A stretch of DNA of 63,890 nt, filler included, from an uncultured Methanosarcinales archaeon (GTDB lineage: Archaea > Nanobdellota > Nanobdellia > Woesearchaeales > BS150m-G63): NCBI GenBank assembly GCA_964630685.1. It is 5 parts of 5 records of this genome, joined end to end, with 100 filler letters (N's around TTAATTAATTAA, not from the genome) between each part and the next. Parts side by side here need not be neighbours in the genome. Positions count along the whole stretch, not along the records: positions 19,876 to 33,216 come from CAZVVW010000017.1; positions 33,317 to 46,640 come from CAZVVW010000018.1; 3 more parts are not named here. The stretch is one strand, 5' to 3'. The notes below the pieces were generated by a model. That model made no database searches and was not told where the DNA came from. It worked only from the letters and a program-made list of their open reading frames with translations. Shown here piece after piece: positions 25,293 through 34,911 of the stretch (position 1 is the first letter of the stretch; the number at the start of each line of letters is the position of its first letter). The position numbers and the translations under genes were made by a program.

Positions 25293-26046
25293 GAATTCTT
25301 TTCATTTCTTTTAATTCTTCATGCTCACCCAATAAATGATAATGGTTTCTCATTTCTTCTTTTATCATTTTAAACTCTTCTTTCAGCTGTTTTTTCCTTT
25401 TTCTGTGGATAAAATAAGAAAAAGGTTTCATATATTTTTCATATTCTTTAATAAATTGAGTATATGTTTTTTCTCCACCTTTTTTAGATGACGCAAAAGC
25501 AAGTAAAAGGTCTTCTCTCTTTTTCTTATGCATTAATTTACTAAGGTCTACTTTCATATAAAACTTAAATGCTTGTTTTACCCACCATTTTTTAGCATTA
25601 TAACATTCAGACAAATAATTTACTAATTTATCTTTTGAATCTTCGGTTCTTTTTCGTGCAACAAGAGCAATATTAGTTATAGATCTGGATTTAGCTAATA
25701 ATTCATCATTCATAAGAATATCTATTACTGAATGTAAAACATAATCATCAAGCGAGCTATCCGCTTTTTCCATAACTGGATTTAAAAAATAAGTGTCAAA
25801 AATATTATCTAAATAACAATGTTGTTCTATTGAATCTGCCAAAATATGGAATTCTTTAGATGTTTCTCCTTTTTTGTTAAGATATTTTCTAAAAAGTGTT
25901 GGTTCTTTATGAATTGCCTTATCTAAAAAAGGAATATCAGGTAATGCAGTACCAATTAAACCATAACAAAATTCATCTGAAAACATCCCATAATCTTTAT
26001 TTAATTTGGGAACTTCGGAAATCATGTGCGATAATATATGTGGCAT
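25282..26046 (-). CDS. Putative zinc-dependent phospholipase C-like metal hydrolase
   Basis: MPxxxSH N-terminus, GTALPD, HCYLD, HSVID pattern. Confidence 0.55.
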   Translation of the reverse strand: MPHILSHMISEVPKLNKDYGMFSDEFCYGLIGTALPDIPFLDKAIHKEPTLFRKYLNKKGETSKEFHILADSIEQHCYLDNIFDTYFLNPVMEKADSSLDDYVLHSVIDILMNDELLAKSRSITNIALVARKRTEDSKDKLVNYLSECYNAKKWWVKQAFKFYMKVDLSKLMHKKKREDLLLAFASSKKGGEKTYTQFIKEYEKYMKPFSYFIHRKRKKQLKEEFKMIKEEMRNHYHLLGEHEELKEMKRILES

Positions 26047-26084
26047 TAATTGACCTCTAGAACCTCTTTATTTTTCTAAATAAG

Positions 26085-27176
26085 TTATTTCTCTATATTA
26101 AACTTTTTAATATAAAGATGATCTTTTTTAGCTTTTAGCACTACTTCATCTTTTTCATCAAATTTAGTAATACTAGTCATCACTTCTGGGATGAGTAATC
26201 TATTCCCTCTTAAATCTAAATTGGTTATCACTTGTTTCACTTCTTCTTTATTATTTTTTATCCCTAAATCTTCTAAAATTTTATTAGCTTTATTGGATTT
26301 TTTATTTTCTGTAAATTCTTTTGTTTTAAGGTAAAGTGCTTTTGCAATCTTGTCTGCAATATTTACATCTGTTGCTTTTGTGATTCCTTGTAACCCTGGA
26401 GAAAGATTAGCTTCAATAACTAATGGACCTTTATGACTGCTCAATATATCTACTGCACAAATATCTGCGCCAAGCACTTTTGCGGTTTCAAGAGTTATCT
26501 TTTTTGTTTGGGTATCTAATTCAACTTTTTTTCCTGAACCTCCTTGATGGATATTTGAACGTTTTTCGCCTGTTTCTGCCTTTCTTTCCATTGCCGCAAT
26601 AACTTTTCCCTTAACAACAATAGCCCTTATATCAACTCCATCTGTTTCAATATATTCTTGGATTATGAATGGTTGTTTTAATGATTGTAATGCATCTAAC
26701 ACAGAGGAAGCCCCAGCATAAGAATCTGCAACCATTACACCCTTTCCTTGGGTGCCTTGCGGAAACTTCATTATTATAGGATAATTAACTTTTTTTAAGA
26801 TAGCTTTAGCTGCATTTACTGTTGCGCTTAAGTAAGTGGTAGGCATAGGAATATTATGTTTTTGTAACACTAAATGAGTAAGAAGTTTATCGTGAACTAC
26901 ACTGAATGAATCTTGCTCTATAGGCATATAACATTTATCATAAAGAATAGAAGTTATTGAACGTAATAATGCAGAATATCTAAAAGACCCCTTTCCAAAA
27001 ATACAATCATATTTTTCTAATGGATCTCCTTTGTAAAAAACACCATAATTTTTTGAACCAAGACTTACTTCTATCTCTCTGATATCTAGCTCATCTACTT
27101 GGTCAAAGTATTTCCTCATAGCTTCAGCTGTCCATTTTGAACTTGTACTTCCTAAACTTATTAATGCTGCTTTCAT
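26085..27176 (-). CDS. rimK: RimK-family ATP-grasp ligase with C-terminal AbrB-like extension
   Basis: DKLLT, GTQGKGV, IIQEYI, DIRAIVV, RSNIHQGG, VIEANLSPG. Confidence 0.88.
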   Translation of the reverse strand: MKAALISLGSTSSKWTAEAMRKYFDQVDELDIREIEVSLGSKNYGVFYKGDPLEKYDCIFGKGSFRYSALLRSITSILYDKCYMPIEQDSFSVVHDKLLTHLVLQKHNIPMPTTYLSATVNAAKAILKKVNYPIIMKFPQGTQGKGVMVADSYAGASSVLDALQSLKQPFIIQEYIETDGVDIRAIVVKGKVIAAMERKAETGEKRSNIHQGGSGKKVELDTQTKKITLETAKVLGADICAVDILSSHKGPLVIEANLSPGLQGITKATDVNIADKIAKALYLKTKEFTENKKSNKANKILEDLGIKNNKEEVKQVITNLDLRGNRLLIPEVMTSITKFDEKDEVVLKAKKDHLYIKKFNIEK

Positions 27177-27242
27177 ATTACGAGTTTTACGAGTAAGGTG
27201 AAAACTTGCAGAGTTTATTTTTGAACTCTGGTTGCTTTCATC

Positions 27243-27599
27243 TTATTTTTGTGATGGATCTATTAAAAAACCATTATTTTTCATTGTGTTTGCGCCAATA
27301 AGTATTTTGTATTTCATATGTTTTCTGTCTGCCAATGTAAAATTAGTATCCATTGTTATGTCTGCTATCTTGAGTTTAGCTTTGATTATTGGCCTTAATG
27401 AATTACCATGTGCTGATTTTATCAGCTTTGTCATGATTATAGGTCCTAATTTGAGTTCTGATGCTAATCTGGTGTCTATTGAGCTTCTCGTAGCTCCTGT
27501 ATCTATTTTGGCCATCAAAGTTTTTTTGTCTCCTTTTCTTCCATAAATAGTTACTTCTTCAATCAAATGTATTATCTTTTTTTTATTTAGGTCTGTCAT
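27243..27599 (-). CDS. RimK-associated retropepsin-like protease (RimB-like)
   Basis: AKIDTGATRSSID, FTLADRKHMKYKILIG. Confidence 0.85.
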   Translation of the reverse strand: MTDLNKKKIIHLIEEVTIYGRKGDKKTLMAKIDTGATRSSIDTRLASELKLGPIIMTKLIKSAHGNSLRPIIKAKLKIADITMDTNFTLADRKHMKYKILIGANTMKNNGFLIDPSQK

Positions 27600-27632
27600 C
27601 TTTTTTATGCAAATTAAATCTCTTTATAAAGC

Positions 27633-29207
27633 TTATTGTTTTAATTGTTCTAAAATATTTGTCGCTTGTTCTTTACCTATTTCAAGTATCAGTGTAGCTA
27701 ATTTAGGTCCTTTTGATTTGTTTATTAAGATTGTATAAGCTGATTTAAAAAAATCTTTTGGCTCTAATTCTAATGATTTTGAAATGTTATAAAATTCTTC
27801 AAATAAGCTTTTTTCGTTGAATTCTTTGTTTTTTAATGATTCTGAAAGTTTTATTAGTGCTTGTTTTTCGTTTTCCTTTAATTTGCTAATTATTTTTTTA
27901 GATGGTTTTTCTTGTAGTTTGAATTTCATGTCTTCTGGCGCGTATTTTTTGAGCCAGTTAATTGCGCAGTTTGCTCTTGTTGTTATCTTTTCTTTATCTT
28001 CTTTTGTTTTTGGAGCGTAATAGTTTAAAATTTTATTTATGTCTTTGTTATAAATCTGTACTATGTTGGTTAGGTGACGGAAAGAAGGTTGTATAGGTAT
28101 TTTTTTTGAAGGTTTATCAATTACTGAAAGTTCATATACTCTTTTATTTTGAGCAAACTTCTTGTCGTTTTTTACTTCTTGTTTTTTGTAGTAAATTCTT
28201 TCGCATTTATCGAAATCTTCATAGAGTTTTAGTACATCTAAATCAAAGCTTATTGCAAATTCAGAACCAGGCCTTGTTCCTGCAAACAACCAACGAATCA
28301 TTATTGGTTCATAAATCTCTAAACAATCTCTAAGTGTAATCACATTTCCTAAAGAAGATGATATTTTTCCTCCTGCTCCCTTTATACTTATGAAATTATA
28401 CATTAAATAACTTGGAGCTGTTCCTTTGAATAGTTTAACTATATCTTTTGCTGTACTAAAAGAACCACCAGTGGTTGAGTGATCTTTTCCTCCTGGCTCA
28501 AAATCTACTTGTTCATATGCCCAACGCATTGGCCAGTCAATTCTCCAAGGAAGTTTTAAAAAATTTACTTTATCTATGTTGATGGTTGTGGTTGTGTTGC
28601 AATCTTTGCAATCCATTTTTAATGTGTTTTTATTATCATAATCATAGAATTTAAGATTATCTTTTCCACATTCTGGACAAAAACCAGTGATTGGCAACCA
28701 ATCTTTTGCTAAATCTTCTTTACGGAATTCGTTGAGTATTTCTTTTATTTTTTCTGTGTTTTTTAGTGCTATTTTGATATGTTTAGCGTAATCTCCTTTT
28801 CTATATTTTTTAGCTTGATAGATATATTCTGGAAAAATCCCTACTTTTGCAACATCTTTTTCAACATCTACTTCGTGATGGCGTGCATAACTAGATTCAG
28901 TTCCAGATGGATCTGGTATGTCAATAATAGGTTTTCTTAAGTGTTTTTTTAGCATTTCTGGTTTAGGCATTCCTTTTGGAACTTTACGAAAAACATCATA
29001 ATCGTCCCAAGAATAAATGAATCTTGCTTTCTTATTTGCATGTTTGAATGCTCTTGCTATGAGATCTACAGTCATTATTTCTCTGAAATTACCTATATGG
29101 ACCACTCCTGAAGGAGTGATTCCTGCTGCAACTGTATAAGAATCCTTTTTTCCTTTATCATGAACTACTCTTTTTACAATTTGATCTGCCCAATGTATTG
29201 CTTCCAT
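27633..29207 (-). CDS. lysS: Lysyl-tRNA synthetase, class I
   Basis: GITPSGVVHIGNFRE, KLPWRIDWPMRW, EPGGKDH, KISSSLGN, GPKL. Confidence 0.97.
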   Translation of the reverse strand: MEAIHWADQIVKRVVHDKGKKDSYTVAAGITPSGVVHIGNFREIMTVDLIARAFKHANKKARFIYSWDDYDVFRKVPKGMPKPEMLKKHLRKPIIDIPDPSGTESSYARHHEVDVEKDVAKVGIFPEYIYQAKKYRKGDYAKHIKIALKNTEKIKEILNEFRKEDLAKDWLPITGFCPECGKDNLKFYDYDNKNTLKMDCKDCNTTTTINIDKVNFLKLPWRIDWPMRWAYEQVDFEPGGKDHSTTGGSFSTAKDIVKLFKGTAPSYLMYNFISIKGAGGKISSSLGNVITLRDCLEIYEPIMIRWLFAGTRPGSEFAISFDLDVLKLYEDFDKCERIYYKKQEVKNDKKFAQNKRVYELSVIDKPSKKIPIQPSFRHLTNIVQIYNKDINKILNYYAPKTKEDKEKITTRANCAINWLKKYAPEDMKFKLQEKPSKKIISKLKENEKQALIKLSESLKNKEFNEKSLFEEFYNISKSLELEPKDFFKSAYTILINKSKGPKLATLILEIGKEQATNILEQLKQ

Positions 29208-29239
29208 GCTAAGAAAGAGGGTGGGTTAGTTTAAAAAAG

Positions 29240-30490
29240 TTATGGTTGGTAAATCCAAAGTTGGTTTCTTCCGTTATTTTTGGCTTTATATAGCGCTCCT
29301 TCATCAACCCTTTTTATGAAAAAATCAACAGCCAATTTAGATTTAAAATCTTCATCTGTTAAAAGTGAGTCTATCTCTTCTGTTCTCTGACATGCATTAA
29401 TTATATTGGATATAGATTTCTTAATTGTTCCTGGATACATGTTTGTTTTTTCTTTATAAGATTGTACTAAAGTTGGAAATAAAAGGCTATTATGCACATA
29501 ATTATAAATCAAATCTGCACCTCTTTCCCCATATAAAAGTCTTATCTCAGGTACATCTCTCATTGAAGCTAATCCAAGACTTATTGTTGAATTAATATTA
29601 TCTTGTTGATTTGTGTGGATATTTGTGAAAGAAAATTCTTTTTTAGAATATTCTTCTCTAAATTTTTCTGCTTTTTCTTTAATTTCTTGTTTTAATGGCC
29701 TATCTTTATCTTGGCCAACATAAGCTATGATGAATTCTTCTCCACCATAACGACTAATTAAATCTGTTTTCCTGGAATAAGTTTGAGATAAGTCTGCTAA
29801 TTGTTTTAAAACAACATCTCCGTTTTGATGGCCATAATTATCATTGATTTTTTTAAAATGATCAATATCATACATTAAAAGCGTGATATCTGGTTGATGA
29901 ATATTCTTTCCATGATTTTGTCTATGACTTAAACACCTATTTAGTTCGTTTTTTAATTGATCTTTAAATGGTTTTTTACTGATTAAACCTGTAAATTTAT
30001 CTTTGATTATCACCCTATCATAGAGGGATAAGATTGAAGATATTACAGAAGTTATTTCTACTAAAGAATCTCTGTCGTGTTCGTTGAATCCTCCTTTTTT
30101 ATTTACAACTTCTATGACTCCTGATACTTCTCCATCAATTTCAAATGGGGCTGCGATAAGATTTTCTGTCCTATAACTAAATTCATTATCAAACTCTTTT
30201 TTATGAAATAAGTCTTGTTGTAATGTGTTAATCATATAAGGTCTGTTCTCTGCTGCTGCCATGCCTGCATATCCTTGACCTAATGGGAAACGCATCCCTA
30301 CTAAATTTTCATTTCCACCAATTATGTTTCTAAACACTAATTCATCATCACAGACTTGGAGAATAGATGCTCCTTCTGCCCCTGTAATATTTTTACAGGT
30401 TTTAACAATATTAGATATTAAATCTTCAATATTATCTCCTGTTGATTCTATTAGGTGTACAGAATTCTTGTATAGGTTTTTGTAATCCAT
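29240..30490 (-). CDS. GAF-GGDEF diguanylate cyclase
   Basis: GAF (GVIEVVNK), DKFTGL, DIDHFKKINDNYGHQNGD, RKTD I-site, RYGGEEF, ALYKAKNNGRN. Confidence 0.92.
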   Translation of the reverse strand: MDYKNLYKNSVHLIESTGDNIEDLISNIVKTCKNITGAEGASILQVCDDELVFRNIIGGNENLVGMRFPLGQGYAGMAAAENRPYMINTLQQDLFHKKEFDNEFSYRTENLIAAPFEIDGEVSGVIEVVNKKGGFNEHDRDSLVEITSVISSILSLYDRVIIKDKFTGLISKKPFKDQLKNELNRCLSHRQNHGKNIHQPDITLLMYDIDHFKKINDNYGHQNGDVVLKQLADLSQTYSRKTDLISRYGGEEFIIAYVGQDKDRPLKQEIKEKAEKFREEYSKKEFSFTNIHTNQQDNINSTISLGLASMRDVPEIRLLYGERGADLIYNYVHNSLLFPTLVQSYKEKTNMYPGTIKKSISNIINACQRTEEIDSLLTDEDFKSKLAVDFFIKRVDEGALYKAKNNGRNQLWIYQP

Positions 30491-30555
30491 AATTTGATTA
30501 AATAGGGTTATTGGGTATTTAAGCTTTTCTATTTTGGTAACTTAGAAGTAGTAAA

Positions 30556-31323
30556 TTACTTTTTTATTGAGCATCCTCCAGTAGGAAGTGCTCTTATTAT
30601 GTCATCAACATGGGATTTAAGTTTAATTTGTATTGATTTTGCGATTGCTGATTTTTTTTGTTTTCCTTGTTGGATAATTAAGTAATCTTTAGTGTGTTTT
30701 TTTATTGTAGAAAGTGCTGCAGCCATCACTTTATCATCTTTTAGTCCTATTGCTAGTTGGAGCTCTGACTTTATGTAATTCTTTTTTCCATAAACCATAA
30801 ATGCTCCTTTGGGCATGTACTCTCCTGCCTTTGTTGTTTTAGTTACTTGGTCTGGATTGACATAAAAAACATCCACTGTAGTAACTCCTAATTTCCATGC
30901 TTTTGAGTAAGAAGCTGTTGCTGTTGCTGTTTCTTTTAATGTTATTTCTTTGGGTATTTTGTTCTCTGTTTTGATTACAAAAAAAGGACTCCCTGAAATA
31001 TCTGTATGAAATACAATATCTTTTGGATCTGTATGTTTTTTTATTACGATTTCGTTAGAGGTTGCATCTTTTCCCCCTATTACTAAGAAACCTTCTGAAC
31101 TAATAAACCAATGGAATTTCTCATACCATTCTTGTTTTTGAGGGATTGTTTGTTTTTCTTTTTCCTGCTCTTTTGTTCTATCTATCTTTTCTTTTTTCTT
31201 TTTTATTCTTTCTAAAGCTTTTATTGTTTTTTCTAGTTTCTTTTTTGCTTTTTTGGAACGGTTGAAGTATACTTCTGCATTCTTTTCTACTGATTTTGTG
31301 ATATCAAGAGTTATTCTTGTCAT
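30556..31323 (-). CDS. NFACT-R (DUF814) RNA-binding protein
   Basis: WYEKFHWFISSEGFLVIGGKDATSNE, GEYMPKGAFMVYG. Confidence 0.88.
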   Translation of the reverse strand: MTRITLDITKSVEKNAEVYFNRSKKAKKKLEKTIKALERIKKKKEKIDRTKEQEKEKQTIPQKQEWYEKFHWFISSEGFLVIGGKDATSNEIVIKKHTDPKDIVFHTDISGSPFFVIKTENKIPKEITLKETATATASYSKAWKLGVTTVDVFYVNPDQVTKTTKAGEYMPKGAFMVYGKKNYIKSELQLAIGLKDDKVMAAALSTIKKHTKDYLIIQQGKQKKSAIAKSIQIKLKSHVDDIIRALPTGGCSIKK

Positions 31324-31530
31324 AATGAGTGATATTGTTTAGGGGTATTTAAGGTTTTTTGTGTTTTATGTGGCTTTGCACATTAATTAGGCCTCACATC
31401 GTACAACCCCCATTTTTGCACATTTAATAAAATCTGGAATTCCATAAGAATTATTTCAGGGTACTTTTGTTAGTGGTGCTGATGTTTCTGGACCAAGAGA
31501 AGTTATTCTTTCTGAATATTTGCTTAAGAA

Positions 31531-31566
31531 TACCAAATAATGGTAATATATTACCAGAAAATGGTA
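31531..31566. promoter_or_regulatory. Tandem palindromic operator TACCA-N5-TGGTA x2 upstream of MNT
   Basis: taccaaataatggta (31531-45) and taccagaaaatggta (31552-66), just before the TATA-like cttataa. Confidence 0.7.
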
Positions 31567-31599
31567 AAGCTTATAAGGAACGCCATAATACTATAATCA

Positions 31600-32172
31600 A
31601 TGAAATCGGAAAATAAAATATATGAAGCATTTTATGAAGAGAAAGAAAATAAGCTTTATTATAATCAAATAAAAGAGATAACACAACTATCTCACTCTTC
31701 ATTGCAAAATATCTTGGAAAGGTTAACTAAATTGAACTTATTAAAACTAATTAAAACAAAATCTAATACATTTTATGAAATAAATAATAAAAAACATTTT
31801 ACTTTAAAGTTTTCAGAAATAGCAACAAAAAGATTTAATGAACTAAATATTGGAATTAAAACTCCCTTGAAATATTTTTTAAAAGATATCCCTAAAGAAA
31901 TATATACAATAGTTTTATTTGGTTCTACAGCAATAAAAGAAGAGCAAAAAGGAAGTGATATAGATTTATTAATAGTATCTAATTCCAAAATAAATATAGA
32001 TTCTAACAAGAAAGAAGCTGAAATAACATCTAAATATCCTTTTTCAATATTTCCAACAACAATAAAACAATTTATAGAGAACAGAGATGATATTATAATT
32101 CAAGCCAGAAAAACAGGGTTTCCAATTTACAAAGAACAAAATTTTTATGAGGTGATATTAGATGAATATTGA
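31600..32172 (+). CDS. wHTH-MNT nucleotidyltransferase antitoxin
   Basis: N-terminal HTH (LSHSSLQNILERL); GS-X10-DID motif. Confidence 0.88.
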   Translation: MKSENKIYEAFYEEKENKLYYNQIKEITQLSHSSLQNILERLTKLNLLKLIKTKSNTFYEINNKKHFTLKFSEIATKRFNELNIGIKTPLKYFLKDIPKEIYTIVLFGSTAIKEEQKGSDIDLLIVSNSKINIDSNKKEAEITSKYPFSIFPTTIKQFIENRDDIIIQARKTGFPIYKEQNFYEVILDEY

Positions 32173-32659
32173 TAAATTATTCTCAGATGAAAAATATCTA
32201 AATAAAGAAATAGATTTTTTTAAAAGTAAGAAACAAATAAGGATTCTTAAAGAAAACAGAGAATTAGTAAAATCTCATATTAAAAAGGCAAGGCACAATT
32301 TAGAATTTTTTAAATTAAATAAAGACTATCATAAATTTAATGATTGGCTTATTGTCACATTATATTATTAATTATACCATTGCGCCCTAGCATTATTAGT
32401 AAACAAGAATTATTCTTCAAAAAATCACTATGCTACTATCCTTATCCTAATAAAAGAGTATTCAATAACAAAAGATGAAGTGAAATTACTAAATGAACTA
32501 TCAATAAGTAAAGAAGATGCTGAACTTTATACAGATCTCAAAAGAGATAGACATGATGCTAGTTATGCAACAAAAACTAAATTTAATCAAGAAACAATAA
32601 AAAATTATGAAAATAAAGTGTTGGATTTTATTAATAAAACTGAAGAAATACTAGAATGA
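32162..32659 (+). pseudogene. HEPN toxin with single in-frame TAA
   Basis: TLYY*LYHCALALL...SKNH...RHDASY...EILE; internal stop 32369-32371, natural stop 32657-32659. Confidence 0.85.
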
Positions 32660-32712
32660 TAAAACAAAAAGCAATTTGATTACTGAATGAAACTTTTAAT
32701 AATGATTTTGAA

Positions 32713-32934
32713 ATGAATAGATTTTCTAAATTCATTAAAGAATTATTAAATGAATTTACTTTGAATTTGCAAAGTAAAACTACATATATTGCTAAAGATA
32801 AAGATTATTTAGATAATCCAAACAAACAGGCAAAAGTCAAAAGATTAGGAAAAGAGATTGATCAACTAGTTTACAAACTCTATGAATTAACTCCAGAGGA
32901 AATTAATATCTTTGAGGGGTTTAATAATGGATGA
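32713..32934 (+). pseudogene. Remnant C-terminus of a type IIG/Eco57I-like R-M methyltransferase
   Basis: EIDQLVYKLYELTPEEI tail motif with no upstream domains. Confidence 0.65.
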
Positions 32935-33072
32935 TGATGAACAAATTGAAATTTCTTGCATTGGCGTTTCATATCTTCAACCAATTTTTGATTTAATGTG
33001 TAAAGCCGTTTTATGCGAAAGATTTTTATATTGTTAAAGATTATAATTTATTAAATATTTGTATTATTTTTA

Positions 33073-33216
33073 ATGAAGATGCTAAAAAAGGGGCTATGGT
33101 TAATTATGGGGATTCTTTTAGTTAGTAATATTTATGCTGGTAGGGCTATCCCTGAAATTGATTGGCCAGATAATGTGCCCTATGGAGAGGCATTCCATCA
33201 GACTCTTTATACTGAT
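33073..33216 (+). CDS. Secreted protein, truncated by gap
   Basis: Signal peptide MLKKGLWLIMGILLVSNIYA. Confidence 0.55.
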
Positions 33217-33316
33217 NNNNNNNNNNNNNNNNNNNNNNNNNNNNNNNNNNNNNNNNNNNNTTAATTAATTAANNNNNNNNNNNNNNNNNNNNNNNNNNNN
33301 NNNNNNNNNNNNNNNN

Positions 33317-33359
33317 TTATCTTTTCCACCTGCTAACATAAAGGTGAGTGGTGCTTGTT
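33317..33359 (-). repeat. Copy A of thyX 3' end (att-like, truncated by gap)
   Basis: 40/43 identical to 35482-35524. Confidence 0.92.
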
Positions 33360-33406
33360 GTACTGTACAATCAAAAGAAAGAATAAAAGGGGCAATAAAT
33401 ATAAAT

Positions 33407-33799
33407 TTACTTAAAAGTTTTTACTGCTGTTATAAATTGTTTGGAATCAATGATTAATTCTTTTAAACTCTCAAAAAATAGTTCCTCATCAAAAGAATCA
33501 TATTGGTGAATCATAAGATTTCTCATACCTTTGATCTTTTCGAGTTTTCCGGATAGTTCCTCATTTAAAACTCCCAAATCACATAATAAATTAAAACATT
33601 TTTCTCTTTCAACAACCCCTTTTTCTTTTAAGAGCTCATTAGAAATAATAATCATATCCTCAATTATTCTTTCAGAGTATCTTTCGCATGCTGCGATGAT
33701 GACTTTATCTTTTTTATATTGAGCAAATTTAATAGGGATTATGTTTTTTAACTCAGTCACCCACTCTGAAAGTTGAGTTAATTTCTCAATTAGTTTCAT
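33407..33799 (-). CDS. hepT: HepT-like (DUF86) HEPN RNase toxin
   Basis: RNLMIHQY = RX4HXY; ATG at 33799 overlaps MNT end. Confidence 0.88.
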   Translation of the reverse strand: MKLIEKLTQLSEWVTELKNIIPIKFAQYKKDKVIIAACERYSERIIEDMIIISNELLKEKGVVEREKCFNLLCDLGVLNEELSGKLEKIKGMRNLMIHQYDSFDEELFFESLKELIIDSKQFITAVKTFK

Positions 33800-34289
33800 A
33801 GATTGTTTTACCATTATTAGATACCTCTTTCTTAATATTTTTGGGTAACATATTAAATACAGATATATCCAAGATTTTATTTGCTTCAAATAATATTCTC
33901 CTTTTGAATAAAGATGCTTCTTTCTTATTTATCTCTTTAAATTCTACAGCCAGGTCTACATCAGAATCCATACTCATCTTATTTTCAACAAAAGAGCCAA
34001 AAATAAATATTCTAATAACCTCTTTTCCTTTTTTGTCTAAAAGAATTTTATCTTTAATGATATCAATTTGTTTTAAGATTTCCCCCCCTTTTTTCACCTC
34101 AAATTCATCAGTAAATAAACTGCATTTTTTGATAAAGTTTAATTTTGGCCTTATGTTTCTTGATAATCTATTTTTTTCAGATTGAGTTAATTTTACCCCT
34201 AATAATTGCTTTTTGATGATTCTTAATTCTCCTGGACCAAATATTAGTTTTGCATCTTCATTATTTTTTATTATTTCTAAAAGTGTCAT
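33786..34289 (-). CDS. mntA: MntA-like nucleotidyltransferase antitoxin with N-terminal extension
   Basis: FGS-X10-DVD motif. Confidence 0.88.
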   Translation of the reverse strand: MTLLEIIKNNEDAKLIFGPGELRIIKKQLLGVKLTQSEKNRLSRNIRPKLNFIKKCSLFTDEFEVKKGGEILKQIDIIKDKILLDKKGKEVIRIFIFGSFVENKMSMDSDVDLAVEFKEINKKEASLFKRRILFEANKILDISVFNMLPKNIKKEVSNNGKTIYETN

Positions 34290-34290
34290 T

Positions 34291-34331
34291 ATAACCCCTT
34301 GATAGGTTATAATAACCTATTGAGGGGTTAT
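34291..34331. promoter_or_regulatory. Tandem operator ATAACC-N8-GGTTAT x2
   Basis: ataaccccttgataggttat-a-ataacctattgaggggttat between TATA box and ATG. Confidence 0.75.
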
Positions 34332-34389
34332 ATATAAATCTTTCGGAAGAATTATTGGTTTTTGGGTGAAGTGTTAAAACTAAATTTAC

Positions 34390-34456
34390 CTATAAACTTC
34401 TCCCCTAACTTTTGCAAACTTATCTTTTCCGCATGCTAACATAAAGGTGAGTGGTG
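34390..34456 (-). repeat. Copy B of thyX 3' end (att-like)
   Basis: 66/67 identical to 35452-35518; reads PLTFMLACGKDKFAKVRGEVYR-stop. Confidence 0.95.
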
Positions 34457-34476
34457 TTATTCATCCTTTTTTTATT

Positions 34477-34571
34477 TGTTGTATTATACAACATATTAAA
34501 TCTATTTTGTTTGTTAGGTTGTATCATACAACCAAAAGGTTTAAATAGTTGTTTGTTATTGTATCATACAA
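34477..34571. promoter_or_regulatory. Three palindromic operators TTGTAT-N-ATACAA around TATA box
   Basis: 34477-34493, 34517-34533, 34559-34571; TTTAAATA at 34540. Confidence 0.78.
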
Positions 34572-34572
34572 C

Positions 34573-34911
34573 ATGTCAGAAAAAGAAAAAATACTCAGAG
34601 AAAATATTGAAGAATACTACAATTTAGGATTGATTGCTTTTGATGGAAAGCAATTCAATAGTGCTACCACTTTATTCTTTAAAGCTTTAGCTGCATTAAC
34701 AGATTTATTCATTCTTAAAAAAGAGGGAAATATGCCTTCATCTCACCAAAAAAGATTTAGAATTGTAAAAGAAAAATATCCTAAGATATACTATATTCTA
34801 GATAAGGATTTTCCGTTTTATCAGGATAGTTATACAAATAAGATGGATTATGAAACTGCCAAAATACTGAAAGATGATGTTGAAAAACTTAAAAAAGAGC
34901 TTAATATTTGA
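34573..34911 (+). CDS. HEPN-like protein
   Basis: FNSATTLFFKALAAL, PSSHQKRF, YQDSY; coupled to MNT; ATG at 34573. Confidence 0.75.
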   Translation: MSEKEKILRENIEEYYNLGLIAFDGKQFNSATTLFFKALAALTDLFILKKEGNMPSSHQKRFRIVKEKYPKIYYILDKDFPFYQDSYTNKMDYETAKILKDDVEKLKKELNI

